A stretch of DNA of 64,000 nt from an uncultured Dehalococcoidales bacterium (GTDB lineage: Bacteria > Chloroflexota > Dehalococcoidia > Dehalococcoidales > BS750m-G39), in contig CAZDHX010000003.1 in NCBI GenBank assembly GCA_964505425.1, positions 28,004 to 92,003 on the forward strand, given 5' to 3'. Below are positions 28,251 through 36,087 of this stretch, one piece after another (the first letter of the stretch is position 1; every line of letters begins with the position of its first letter). The position numbers and the translations under genes were made by a program. A model generated the notes under the pieces. That model was given only the letters and a program-made list of their open reading frames with translations, was not told where the DNA came from and made no database searches.

Positions 28251-29328
28251 CAGCCCTCCCCAGAATAATGCCGTCATAGCTGCTCATGATACATTCCACC
28301 TCAAGTTTTCCCCCCACCTTATCACGGCACTTTTCTGCCGCCAGCAGACAGAGCTTATTACAGAATCTTTGGCTATGTTCCGGGGGGAGCATCTTGCGGA
28401 GGTGATTGGCGGTGACGGCTCCTCTCAAGGACCGGACTACCTTCTCGGGCACACCACAACCTGCCGCCACTCCCGCCAGGAAACCGATGTCCACCCTGGA
28501 ATCGCTGACATTGGTATACATGTGTCCGGCGGCAAGCTTGCTCAGCTTACCCATCATGCCCCAGATGGTTACTTTCTCAAAAGACCTCCGGGCGCATTGC
28601 TCAAGTGAGTAGCCGATAAAATCTCCGGCTTGAACGAAACATTCTTCAGCCAGTTTCAGCTCGCCCTGGGCGAATTTCTCGCTTCTCCTGCCCGTGGTCA
28701 ATACTACCTGGCGGCAGCCGCAAGCTACGGCTACATCCAACGACTGAAAGAGGCAAGCCTTATAGGCGCTAACCGAATAGGGGATGACAACCCCGGTAGT
28801 GCCCAAAATTGAGATGCCACCGATTATCCCCAGACGCGGATTCAGCGTTCTTCTGGCTAACCCTTCTCCTTCGGCTACCGAGATTACTACTTCAATGCCC
28901 TTGCCGTCATTTTCTGGCATTACCTCTCTCACCGAGCTCTCTATCATCCGGCGGGGCACGGGGTTAATCGCCGCCATACCAATCGGTATTTCCAGCCCGG
29001 GCTTGGTAATTATCCCCACTCCCTCCCCTCCCCCGATATCAATCCCCGGCTTATCCTTCCAGGAGACCTTAGCCCAGATTTCCGCCCCATGGGTGACATC
29101 CGGGTCGTCACCGGCGTCTTTTATCACCGAGCACACAGCCTGGCTTTTTCCGAAGGTGCAGTGGCTGATTTTGAATAGAGCCTGTCGTCCGGCAGGGAGA
29201 GAAACCTGAACTTGCTTGACCGCCTCCTGCTTGAGCAGAGCGATAGTCGCTGCCTGCGCTGCGGCGGCAGCACAGGCTCCGGTGGTATAGCCGGAGCGCA
29301 GAGACCGTTTATCTCGTCTCACCGTCAT
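28237..29328 (-). CDS. cbiD: Cobalt-precorrin-5B C1-methyltransferase
   Basis: 363 aa. LRSGYTTGACAAAAA, KDAGDDPDVTHG and GTTGVVIPYS. Confidence 0.9.
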   Translation of the reverse strand: MTVRRDKRSLRSGYTTGACAAAAAQAATIALLKQEAVKQVQVSLPAGRQALFKISHCTFGKSQAVCSVIKDAGDDPDVTHGAEIWAKVSWKDKPGIDIGGGEGVGIITKPGLEIPIGMAAINPVPRRMIESSVREVMPENDGKGIEVVISVAEGEGLARRTLNPRLGIIGGISILGTTGVVIPYSVSAYKACLFQSLDVAVACGCRQVVLTTGRRSEKFAQGELKLAEECFVQAGDFIGYSLEQCARRSFEKVTIWGMMGKLSKLAAGHMYTNVSDSRVDIGFLAGVAAGCGVPEKVVRSLRGAVTANHLRKMLPPEHSQRFCNKLCLLAAEKCRDKVGGKLEVECIMSSYDGIILGRADVKT

Positions 29329-30170
29329 ACGGCTTTCCTCCCCATCACTCTCAATAGCTCCCGCCTCGCCTCACCAATAGTCAGCGGCATCTCCGGGAAA
29401 TCTATTCCCTCTCTCTTTTGCAGAATCTCAACGAGATGGGCTACCCGTGGCAGCCTTAGCTCTGCTTCCCTAATCATATCGGTATCGGTAAACACCTCCG
29501 CTGGCGGTCCTTCGGTGACTATCTTACCCTTACTCATAATAGCGACGCGGTCGGAGAATAGAGGCACCAGCTCAACATCATGGGTAGCCATTATCATGGT
29601 CGTTCCCCTCTCCTGGTTCAGTTTCCGGAGTAAACGCATAATGGAACTGGCACCCTTGGGGTCCAGACCGCTGGTCGGTTCATCCAATAAAATTATTTCT
29701 GGCTCCATCGCCAGGACGCCGGCAATAGCCACCCGCCTTTTCTGCCCGAAGCTCAAGGTGTGAATGGCTCGGTCGGGAAGCTCGGCGGCACCCACCAATT
29801 TCAAGGCTTCGGCGGTTCTCCGCGTCACCTCAGCCGGCTCTAGCCCCAGGTTCACCGCGCCAAAGGCGACATCCTGCCCCACGGTAGCGCCGAAAAGCTG
29901 GTCGTTAGGGTCTTGAAAGACCATCCCCACCCGCCGGAAAATCTCTTCGTCTCTGAAGAAACGAAGCTCCCTGCCGTCCAGAAATACCTTGCCCAAGGAC
30001 GGTTTTAGTAAGCCGTTTAGCTGTTTCAGTAGCGTTGTCTTGCCGCAACCGTTAGCCCCCAGAAGGGCTAAGAATTCGCCGCCCCCTAACTCCAGGTTGA
30101 TTTTACCTAGAGCCGGGGTAAAACCGTCATAGCTAAAGGACAAGGCTTCGGTCTTTATCATGCTCTCCAC
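29325..30170 (-). CDS. cbiO: ECF cobalt transporter ATPase
   Basis: 281 aa. Walker A GANGCGKTT, signature LSFGQKRRVAIAG and Walker B ILLDEPTSGLD. Confidence 0.9.
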   Translation of the reverse strand: MESMIKTEALSFSYDGFTPALGKINLELGGGEFLALLGANGCGKTTLLKQLNGLLKPSLGKVFLDGRELRFFRDEEIFRRVGMVFQDPNDQLFGATVGQDVAFGAVNLGLEPAEVTRRTAEALKLVGAAELPDRAIHTLSFGQKRRVAIAGVLAMEPEIILLDEPTSGLDPKGASSIMRLLRKLNQERGTTMIMATHDVELVPLFSDRVAIMSKGKIVTEGPPAEVFTDTDMIREAELRLPRVAHLVEILQKREGIDFPEMPLTIGEARRELLRVMGRKAV

Positions 30171-30940
30171 TGCCCGATAAGATAGAGAATTGCCAGCACG
30201 GCGGTTAAACCAACGGCAGCCATAAAATCCTTCCGGCCAAAGTGTCCGGCATAATCAACGGCCAGAGCGCCGCTGTAACCTCGCGCTATCATCGCCTCAA
30301 AGACCCTCTCCGCCCGGTCGTAGGCTCGTAAGACCAAAATACCGCCCAGCGTGCCCACCGACCTCATACCCCGCCGCCAGTTGTCGTAGCCCAAGCGTAC
30401 CCTCTGGGCATCTTTTACGGCTATCGCCTCCTCGATAAGGACAAAGATGTAGCGATAAATCAGCAGCGACAGCTCAACAAAGACTTTAGGCAACCGGAAC
30501 CAGCGAGCCGCCCTGAGTAGCCGGTGGGCTGGCGTGGACATACCCAAGAACAGAATTAGTGACATGCCACCGATGACGCGGCACATGATTAAGAGACCAT
30601 GAGCCAGACCCTCTTCGTAGCCCACCAGGTCGAGTCCCAAAAAGGGGACGGCAAACAAAGGGGTGGTGCCATAAAAGAATAGCTGCGTAATCAGCACCAC
30701 TGCCGCCATGACCAGAGGCATAATCAGCCTCAGCATAAGTAGCCTTGGCGGAATTCTGATAGCCAGCAGGGTAGCCAGGCAAAAAACAGCGATGGCTATC
30801 GGCGTATAGATGCTCGGCGATAAGAGATTAATCACCAGGGCAACCACGGTAAAGGCTGTCTTGGTGCGTGCCTCTATCCCGGTCACCCAGTTCTCTCTGT
30901 GGGCGAAGGCATCGGAAAAAATACCGCTTTTATCAAACAT
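30158..30940 (-). CDS. cbiQ: ECF cobalt transporter T component
   Basis: 260 aa polytopic membrane protein in the cbiMNQO position. It carries a CbiQ-like RA..R motif region (AERVFEAMIARGY). Confidence 0.85.
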   Translation of the reverse strand: MFDKSGIFSDAFAHRENWVTGIEARTKTAFTVVALVINLLSPSIYTPIAIAVFCLATLLAIRIPPRLLMLRLIMPLVMAAVVLITQLFFYGTTPLFAVPFLGLDLVGYEEGLAHGLLIMCRVIGGMSLILFLGMSTPAHRLLRAARWFRLPKVFVELSLLIYRYIFVLIEEAIAVKDAQRVRLGYDNWRRGMRSVGTLGGILVLRAYDRAERVFEAMIARGYSGALAVDYAGHFGRKDFMAAVGLTAVLAILYLIGQWRA

Positions 30941-30960
30941 CTATATCAGCCAGCAGCGCT

Positions 30961-31260
30961 TCACCTCCCCGCTTTTTCAGCAATAAGCCTCCTCCAGTAG
31001 TAGCCGGTAACAAATCCACCCACTGCCCCACCGAAGGCGAAAACAAAGAGCAACAGGTCACCTTTATCGGTGTTGATGAAAGGCTCGCTTGGTTCCCTGC
31101 CGGCATCAGTGGCATATTTTTCAATGACGCTAACGTCCACCCCTCCCCAGGGACCCTCCTCTCCCTCAGGTACCTGCTTGGACAGGGCAAGCCACCCCCA
31201 GACGGCTAGAGCCACCAAAACGACCACGATAACAGTGGTGATTATCCTGGAACTTTTCAT
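30961..31260 (-). CDS. cbiN: Cobalt transport protein CbiN
   Basis: 99 aa with two TM helices flanking a soluble loop, in the position between cbiM and cbiQ. Confidence 0.8.
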   Translation of the reverse strand: MKSSRIITTVIVVVLVALAVWGWLALSKQVPEGEEGPWGGVDVSVIEKYATDAGREPSEPFINTDKGDLLLFVFAFGGAVGGFVTGYYWRRLIAEKAGR

Positions 31261-32051
31261 TAGTCACCTCCTTTTACCAGACTGGGCACTGGCTTGAAAG
31301 CTCCGGGGATTATGCGGGTTAATAACTCCGGCCGGCGGTGATAGACGAATGTTACCACTCCCCCGGTGAATAACCCCTCCAGAATGCCCAGTGGCAACTG
31401 AGTGGGAGCGAAGGCAACGGCAATGGCACCGAACATGCTCCATAATGAGCCAGTACCGTGTAAAGCCGAGGCTAGCTCAAAAGAGGTTGTAGCGTATGTT
31501 GCCCAGTCACCCAAGAGTCCGGCGGCGAAGGCAGCCACAAATATGGGGGCGTTGAACCTCCGGAACAAAACAAAGACACCAAAGCCAACGAAAGAACCAA
31601 CCAGAGCCATAGAAACGATATTAGCCCCCCAGGTAGTTATACCGCCGTGTGCCAGAAACAGGGCCTGGATAAGAAGGGCCAGCGCCCCGAGAACAGTGCT
31701 GATAAACGGCCCCACCAGGATTGCCCCCAGGGGGGTGCCGCAGGGGTGGGAACAGCTTCCCGAAACCGGGACCGGGATGGGGAAAACGGAAATTAGGAAT
31801 ATCAGCGCCCCGGCGATGCCGAGCAGAGGCAGCAGCCCTCTTACCTCTCTGGTCTTCCTTCTGATGATGATAATGCCAATGACCACAAATACGGCGGCTA
31901 TCACGTACCATATCGCTGCCCAGCTGGCGGGTAGAATCCCCTCAGCGATGTGCATGGCATATGCCGGGGTGGGGCACAATAACAGCCCGATGGCAAGCAC
32001 CAGTGCCAAGGCAATATGAGTCCTGAACCAGCTATAACCTTTATTGAGCAT
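31260..32051 (-). CDS. cbiM: Cobalt ECF S component CbiM, with a cleavable signal peptide exposing MHIAEG
   Basis: 263 aa. ...LLLCPTPAYA|MHIAEGILP: an AxA cleavage site sits directly before the metal-binding Met-His N-terminus typical of CbiM/NikM. Confidence 0.88.
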   Translation of the reverse strand: MLNKGYSWFRTHIALALVLAIGLLLCPTPAYAMHIAEGILPASWAAIWYVIAAVFVVIGIIIIRRKTREVRGLLPLLGIAGALIFLISVFPIPVPVSGSCSHPCGTPLGAILVGPFISTVLGALALLIQALFLAHGGITTWGANIVSMALVGSFVGFGVFVLFRRFNAPIFVAAFAAGLLGDWATYATTSFELASALHGTGSLWSMFGAIAVAFAPTQLPLGILEGLFTGGVVTFVYHRRPELLTRIIPGAFKPVPSLVKGGD

Positions 32052-33072
32052 TCAACCTACCTCCAGCAATCTTTAATAGAGTATTAACCGTAGCCACCGC
32101 CAGGGCGCTGCCGCCCCGAGTTCCGGCTACGGTGACATATGGTATATCCCGTTTCATTAATTCATCCTTTGATTCCTTCGCCTGCACAAAACCGACCGGC
32201 ATCCCCACAACAAGAGCCGGTCTTACCCCGTCATTATCAATCAACTCCAGCAGAGCCAGGAGGGCGGTGGGGGCATTGCCGATGGCGACTATGGCACTAT
32301 TAAGCCTCGCCCCCAGATGACGCATTGCCGCCGCGGCCCGGGTGGTATTCGGTTTTAGCCCCTCCGCTTCATCCATGGCACAAGAAACAGAACAGCCGCA
32401 GGCTTCAGCCAGACGCCGATTAATGCCGGCAGCTACCATCCGAACGTCGGTAAAGATAGGACTGCCTTTAGCTATGGCGCTTATGCCACCGGAGACCGCC
32501 GAGGAGCTGAACCTTACCAAGGGAACAAGCTGGGGATCGCCACCGGCATGGACAACATGCTTTACTACCATTCGCTCCTCTGCGGAGATTTTTAGCGAGG
32601 GAGGTAAAAGTCCTTCCACAATCTCCATACTCCTCTGCTCAATGTCCTGGGGGGAAGCCAGCGAAAGATGGGCATCCGGCAAAAGCTCCGGAGCCGCTTC
32701 CTGAATGCGCCTTGCCACGCGAGCTATTAGAAGTTCATCGTTACCGAGGGTATTGGCAGCAACAAATTGCACCTTTGGATAAATGCCCCTGAGCTTCTCA
32801 ATAAGCTGAGGGATGTCCTCGGTGATGTGCCGCCCTCTAAAAAGAAAGTAGGGCACGATTACTATCCGCTCCACCCCCCACCCTGCCAGAGACGCCACCG
32901 CTTCCTCAAAAGTGGGGCGATTAAACTGGAGTGCCGCCCCGATAACCTCAACGCCGGGGGCTAGGAGGGGCTTTACCCCTTCGCTGAGCCTCTTCAAGGT
33001 CTCAGTGACCTCGACACTACCCCGTTCACCACGACTGCCGTGGCATAAGATAACTATCCCCGTCTGCGGCAT
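32041..33072 (-). CDS. cbiX/cbiC: Fused small CbiX (sirohydrochlorin cobaltochelatase) / CbiC (cobalt-precorrin-8 methylmutase)
   Basis: The N-terminal ~120 aa are GIVILCHGSRG...VIVPYFLFRGRHITEDIP (CbiX-S type). The C-terminal ~210 aa are CbiC-like (HAGGDP, IFTDVRMV, IGNAPTAL, VVGMPVGFV). ATG 33072 is preferred because the track start at 33141 lies on the -35 hexamer. Confidence 0.85.
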   Translation of the reverse strand: MPQTGIVILCHGSRGERGSVEVTETLKRLSEGVKPLLAPGVEVIGAALQFNRPTFEEAVASLAGWGVERIVIVPYFLFRGRHITEDIPQLIEKLRGIYPKVQFVAANTLGNDELLIARVARRIQEAAPELLPDAHLSLASPQDIEQRSMEIVEGLLPPSLKISAEERMVVKHVVHAGGDPQLVPLVRFSSSAVSGGISAIAKGSPIFTDVRMVAAGINRRLAEACGCSVSCAMDEAEGLKPNTTRAAAAMRHLGARLNSAIVAIGNAPTALLALLELIDNDGVRPALVVGMPVGFVQAKESKDELMKRDIPYVTVAGTRGGSALAVATVNTLLKIAGGRLNAQ

Positions 33073-33098
33073 ATTACACAACCCGACCTGATTAAAAA

Positions 33099-33141
33099 CA
33101 AGTCTGCTTGTTAGTATACAAGCGCCGATTTTACCTGTCAA
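33099..33141 (-). promoter_or_regulatory. cbi/hem super-operon promoter (minus-strand TTGACA-N17-TATACT) with the overlapping half-site array CTTGT-N6-ACAAG-N4-CTTGT
   Basis: -35 is plus-strand TGTCAA at 33136-33141 and -10 is plus-strand AGTATA at 33113-33118. Inverted pentamers at 33119-33123, 33108-33112 and 33099-33103 span the -10 and the TSS. The leader to ATG 33072 is only ~30 nt. Confidence 0.6.
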
Positions 33142-33167
33142 TAATTGGGGGGTAAATCAAAAGCGGA

Positions 33168-33965
33168 TTACCGGCTCTTCTTCAGGCGCAGGTCGATAAG
33201 CTCGTAAGCCAGCTCTTCTTCCTGCTGCAGCCTCTTAATCAGCCCGGGGATAGCGTCATCGGTGCAGACCACGGTAAAAGGCAAGCCACAGCGGGCAGCC
33301 TCAATGGCGGCTTCGGTAACGCCGTAAAGATAGTGGGGCTCAATACCAATTCGTCTCAGCGAAACCAGAGCCTCAATGCCGATAGCCCCAAGCTGCTGAT
33401 TATCGGCGGCGCGGGTTTTTAACCGTTTCCGGTCAACCTGCCTTGAGCCACCCTTCTGAATGCTCGGCACCTGCAGGATAGTTATCCTGCCCCTGGTCAA
33501 TTCCACCAGTCCTTCAATGCTAGCCACGTCCACATCCTCACCCCGCCTCACGCTTGATACGGCAATACCCCTGGCGCCGCTCTTTGTCTGAGTGGCGGCA
33601 AAGAGCAGACCGTCCTTCATCTTAAGCCCCACCGCCTGCCCCTGATCTATATCGGACTCAGCGATGGCAGCACAGACGGTAATATTGGTCACTGCCTGCT
33701 CTACCATGGAAGCGTAGTCCCTGAGCTCCCGTAGTATCTTGAGCATCCAGTTAACTCCCTTAGTGCTCACCCGGTAGTGAGAGCGAGCGGTTGAGACAAC
33801 GAGGTCCTCATTCACCAACTGATGAATATAGTCTGATATTGCCTGCGGTGTGATGCCCAACTTAACGGCGATGCTCTTCTGCTGAATACCGGGGCCAGAG
33901 GTGGCAATCTCAACCAGTATCTGAAATCTGGTGGCGGCATTCTTATTCTGCAGTATCTCTACCAT
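33168..33965 (-). CDS. Winged-helix transcriptional regulator with a ~190-aa uncharacterised C-terminal domain (archaeal COG1497-like by recollection)
   Basis: 265 aa. N-terminus TRFQILVEIATSGPGIQQKSIAVKLGITPQAISDYIHQLVNEDLVV is a wHTH. It lies 5 nt downstream of the CDF gene, so it is probably co-transcribed with it. Confidence 0.6.
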   Translation of the reverse strand: MVEILQNKNAATRFQILVEIATSGPGIQQKSIAVKLGITPQAISDYIHQLVNEDLVVSTARSHYRVSTKGVNWMLKILRELRDYASMVEQAVTNITVCAAIAESDIDQGQAVGLKMKDGLLFAATQTKSGARGIAVSSVRRGEDVDVASIEGLVELTRGRITILQVPSIQKGGSRQVDRKRLKTRAADNQQLGAIGIEALVSLRRIGIEPHYLYGVTEAAIEAARCGLPFTVVCTDDAIPGLIKRLQQEEELAYELIDLRLKKSR

Positions 33966-33970
33966 CGCTC

Positions 33971-34897
33971 CTAGCCTCTCCTATTCTTTATGGTACAGGA
34001 AACGGAACACTGGTCGCACTCAGTAGTGCATGGCTCAACATGAATAGTGATATGAGTGCGGGGCAATTTCCTCTTTATATCTCGTTCCAGGTGGTCGCAG
34101 ACGCGGTGGGCTTCCGCCACACTCTCATGCTTGGGCATTACCAGGTGCAGGTCAACGTAGCGATAGCTCCCCGCCTTGCGAGTGCGCAGGTCGTGAAAGG
34201 CAACCATACGATAATTATACTTCATAATACAAGCCCTTATAACCGTCTCCTCCGCCTCAGGCAACTTGACGTCAATCAGCCCCCCAAACGAGCCTTTCAG
34301 CACATCATAACCTGTTTTCATAATAAGCAAGGCTACTGCCAGGGCGATAACAGGGTCTAGAATATTAAGCCCGGTAAAGCGTACGGCTAACAGCCCTCCT
34401 AGCACCGCCGCCGCGGAATAGACATCAACGGCAATATTTTGCGCGTTTGCCCGCAAGGCTATTGAGTCCACTGCCTTGGCTACCTTGGACAGGTAGCGGG
34501 AAAGAAAGATGCTGGCTATCATCGAGACCAGCATTACCGCTATACCGGCTTCAGCCAGCTCCACCACTGCTCCGGTTATTATTCTCTGTACCGCCGAATA
34601 AATAATCAAGCCGCCGACAACTAAAATCAGGCCCGCCTGCGCCACAGCGGCGATGTTCTCCACCTTGCCATGACCAAAGGGGTGCTCCCTATCGGCAGGC
34701 TTGGTGGCTATTCTAATAGCCACGAAGGTAACGACCACGGCAAGCAAATCAAGGGAGCTATCCACCGCCTGCGCTAGTATGCTGATGCTGCCGGTGATAA
34801 CCGCCACCGCCACCTTGAGCACTATCAGCCCAATTACCACGATGAGCATGAGCTTAACGGCGCTCTTTTGCTCGGAGTCTCCCCTTTTCCTGGCCAT
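33971..34897 (-). CDS. czcD: Cation diffusion facilitator (CzcD/FieF-type) metal exporter
   Basis: Six TM helices with the ...SLDLL... and HxxxD-type motif region, then a cytoplasmic domain (VDLHLVMP...HITIHVEP). ATG 34897 (MARKRGD, AGGAG Shine-Dalgarno) is preferred. The track start at 34942 lies inside the riboswitch terminator stem. Confidence 0.88.
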   Translation of the reverse strand: MARKRGDSEQKSAVKLMLIVVIGLIVLKVAVAVITGSISILAQAVDSSLDLLAVVVTFVAIRIATKPADREHPFGHGKVENIAAVAQAGLILVVGGLIIYSAVQRIITGAVVELAEAGIAVMLVSMIASIFLSRYLSKVAKAVDSIALRANAQNIAVDVYSAAAVLGGLLAVRFTGLNILDPVIALAVALLIMKTGYDVLKGSFGGLIDVKLPEAEETVIRACIMKYNYRMVAFHDLRTRKAGSYRYVDLHLVMPKHESVAEAHRVCDHLERDIKRKLPRTHITIHVEPCTTECDQCSVSCTIKNRRG

Positions 34898-34915
34898 CTC
34901 ACTCCTGCCTAAGAC

Positions 34916-35002
34916 GAAAAAACCCGTGGTGCCTGGTCCCACGGGTTCAAGTCCCGCTGCTGCAAGTTCAGCCCGGTTCTATAAAGACCTGTTCCAGGCT
35001 CT
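34916..35002 (-). promoter_or_regulatory. NiCo (czcD-motif) riboswitch with an intrinsic-terminator expression platform
   Basis: The minus strand reads AAGAGCCUGGAACAGGUCUUUAUAGAACCGGGCUGAACUUGCAGCAGCGGGACUUGAACCCGUGGGACCAGGCACCACGGGUUUUUU. The conserved ACAG / CGGGCUGAAC / GCAG / CGGGAC / CGUGGGAC blocks match my recollection of the NiCo consensus. P1 is CCUGG/CCAGG. The terminator stem ACCCGUGG/CCACGGGU plus U6 shares its 5' arm with the aptamer. A CDF exporter lies downstream. Confidence 0.7.
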
Positions 35003-35008
35003 TTAAAA

Positions 35009-35037
35009 ATTGTAACCCGGCAGCAGGGTCGTGTCAA
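35009..35037 (-). promoter_or_regulatory. Promoter of the riboswitch-czcD-regulator unit (minus-strand TTGACA-N17-TACAAT)
   Basis: Plus-strand TGTCAA at 35032-35037 and ATTGTA at 35009-35014. It sits back-to-back with the mocA-like promoter. Confidence 0.65.
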
Positions 35038-35046
35038 GGCTGGCTA

Positions 35047-35076
35047 TTGTTTTACCCACCGAGCTTGGCATATAAT
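35047..35076 (+). promoter_or_regulatory. Promoter of the mocA-like gene (TTGTTT-N18-TATAAT), predicted leaderless
   Basis: TATAAT at 35071-35076 ends 7 nt before ATG 35084. Confidence 0.5.
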
Positions 35077-35083
35077 TCAGCCG

Positions 35084-35653
35084 ATGCTATCAGCAATATT
35101 ACTGGCCGGCGGCGAATCAAAGCGCATGGGCAAGCTAAAGCAACTGATGCCCCTGGGCAAAAGCACCATTTTGGAGCAAGCCATTGATAACCTCTTAAGT
35201 TCAACAGCGGATGAGGTTATCGTGGTGGTGGGGTATAAAGCGGAAGAGATAACAAAAGCCATAGCCGCCAAGCCGGTAAAAATAATTGCTAACCCAAACT
35301 ACCAGCAGGGGATGAGCACCTCGATAATAACCGGACTAATTCTGGTTGACCCCCGGGCTGAGGCGGTTATGCTCGCCCTGGGCGACCAGCCCATGGTGAA
35401 CAGCCAGACGATTAACCAATTAATAGCCGAATTTCATAACCACGATAAAGGTATTGCCCTCCCCACCTACAGGGGCAAGCGGGGACACCCGGTCATCTTT
35501 GCCACCAAATATAAAGCGGAGCTGCTCAAGTTGAAGGGTGACATCGGCGCCAAAGAGATAATCGAACACCACCCCCAGGACGTCCTTGAGGTATCCGTTG
35601 GCTCTGAGGGCGTCATCACTGATATTGATACCGAAGAGGACTACCCTGCTTGA
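35084..35653 (+). CDS. mocA: MobA/MocA-like nucleotidyltransferase (molybdenum cofactor cytidylyl/guanylyl-transferase family)
   Basis: 189 aa. ILLAGGESKRMG..K.L, MSTSI and LGDQP motifs. Confidence 0.8.
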   Translation: MLSAILLAGGESKRMGKLKQLMPLGKSTILEQAIDNLLSSTADEVIVVVGYKAEEITKAIAAKPVKIIANPNYQQGMSTSIITGLILVDPRAEAVMLALGDQPMVNSQTINQLIAEFHNHDKGIALPTYRGKRGHPVIFATKYKAELLKLKGDIGAKEIIEHHPQDVLEVSVGSEGVITDIDTEEDYPA

Positions 35654-35681
35654 CAAAATGCTATATCGCCTGTAATATAGC
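35650..35681 (+). promoter_or_regulatory. Promoter (TTGACA-N17-TAATAT) overlapped by ModE-type operator 1, GCTATAT-N8-ATATAGC
   Basis: TTGACA at 35650-35655 and TAATAT at 35673-35678. The perfect inverted repeat lies at 35660-35666 / 35675-35681. Confidence 0.7.
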
Positions 35682-35689
35682 GTAAAGCA

Positions 35690-36073
35690 ATGGCCACCAG
35701 GACACCAAGATTCCGACCAAAAAAGCCTCCCCACCTTTCCCACCACCCCCGACCCGGCTATACGGTAAGAGGCAGGGTATGGCTGGAGAAGGACGGCGAG
35801 CTCTATATGGGCTGGGGCAGGGCAATGCTCCTGGAACGCATTGAGCAGCTTGGCTCAATAGCCGCCGCTGCCAGGTCAATGAAGCTGGGCTACCGCAATG
35901 CCTGGCTCTGGATAGAATCCGCCAACCGCCTGGCGCCATCGCCCCTGATAGAAAAGACCGCCGGCGGCGCTGGTGGGGGGCATGCCCGGCTAACCGATGA
36001 AGGGAAAAAGGCGGTTACCCGCTATAAGAAGCTGCGGGCTAGGTTTGAGGAATTCCTGAAAGAGGCGAAATAA
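35690..36073 (+). CDS. ModE N-terminal-domain-like wHTH regulator (no Mop/di-Mop domain)
   Basis: 127 aa. GRAMLLERIEQLGSIAAAARSMKLGYRNAWLWIESAN matches the ModE/LysR-like HTH block. Confidence 0.75.
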   Translation: MATRTPRFRPKKPPHLSHHPRPGYTVRGRVWLEKDGELYMGWGRAMLLERIEQLGSIAAAARSMKLGYRNAWLWIESANRLAPSPLIEKTAGGAGGGHARLTDEGKKAVTRYKKLRARFEEFLKEAK

Positions 36074-36087
36074 TTTTTTTAGCCAAC

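Noticed and set aside
33073-33141. The longer N-terminus of the CbiX/CbiC ORF (MTGKIGACILTSRLVFNQVGLCN...).
   Set aside because: The extension overlaps the -10 and -35 hexamers of the operon promoter. The CbiX domain begins at MPQTGIVILCHGS, so the start was moved to 33072.
33073-33167. A cobalamin riboswitch was expected upstream of the cbiX/C-cbiMNQO operon.
   Set aside because: A consensus promoter occupies 33113-33141 and leaves only ~30 nt of leader. I could see neither a B12-box-like element (GCCACUG-type) nor a long structured leader. This needs a covariance-model scan to be definitive.
34898-34942. The longer start of the CDF transporter ORF (MGPGTTGFFVLGRSE...).
   Set aside because: These codons lie within the riboswitch terminator hairpin and U-tract. 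The ATG at 34897 has an AGGAG Shine-Dalgarno.
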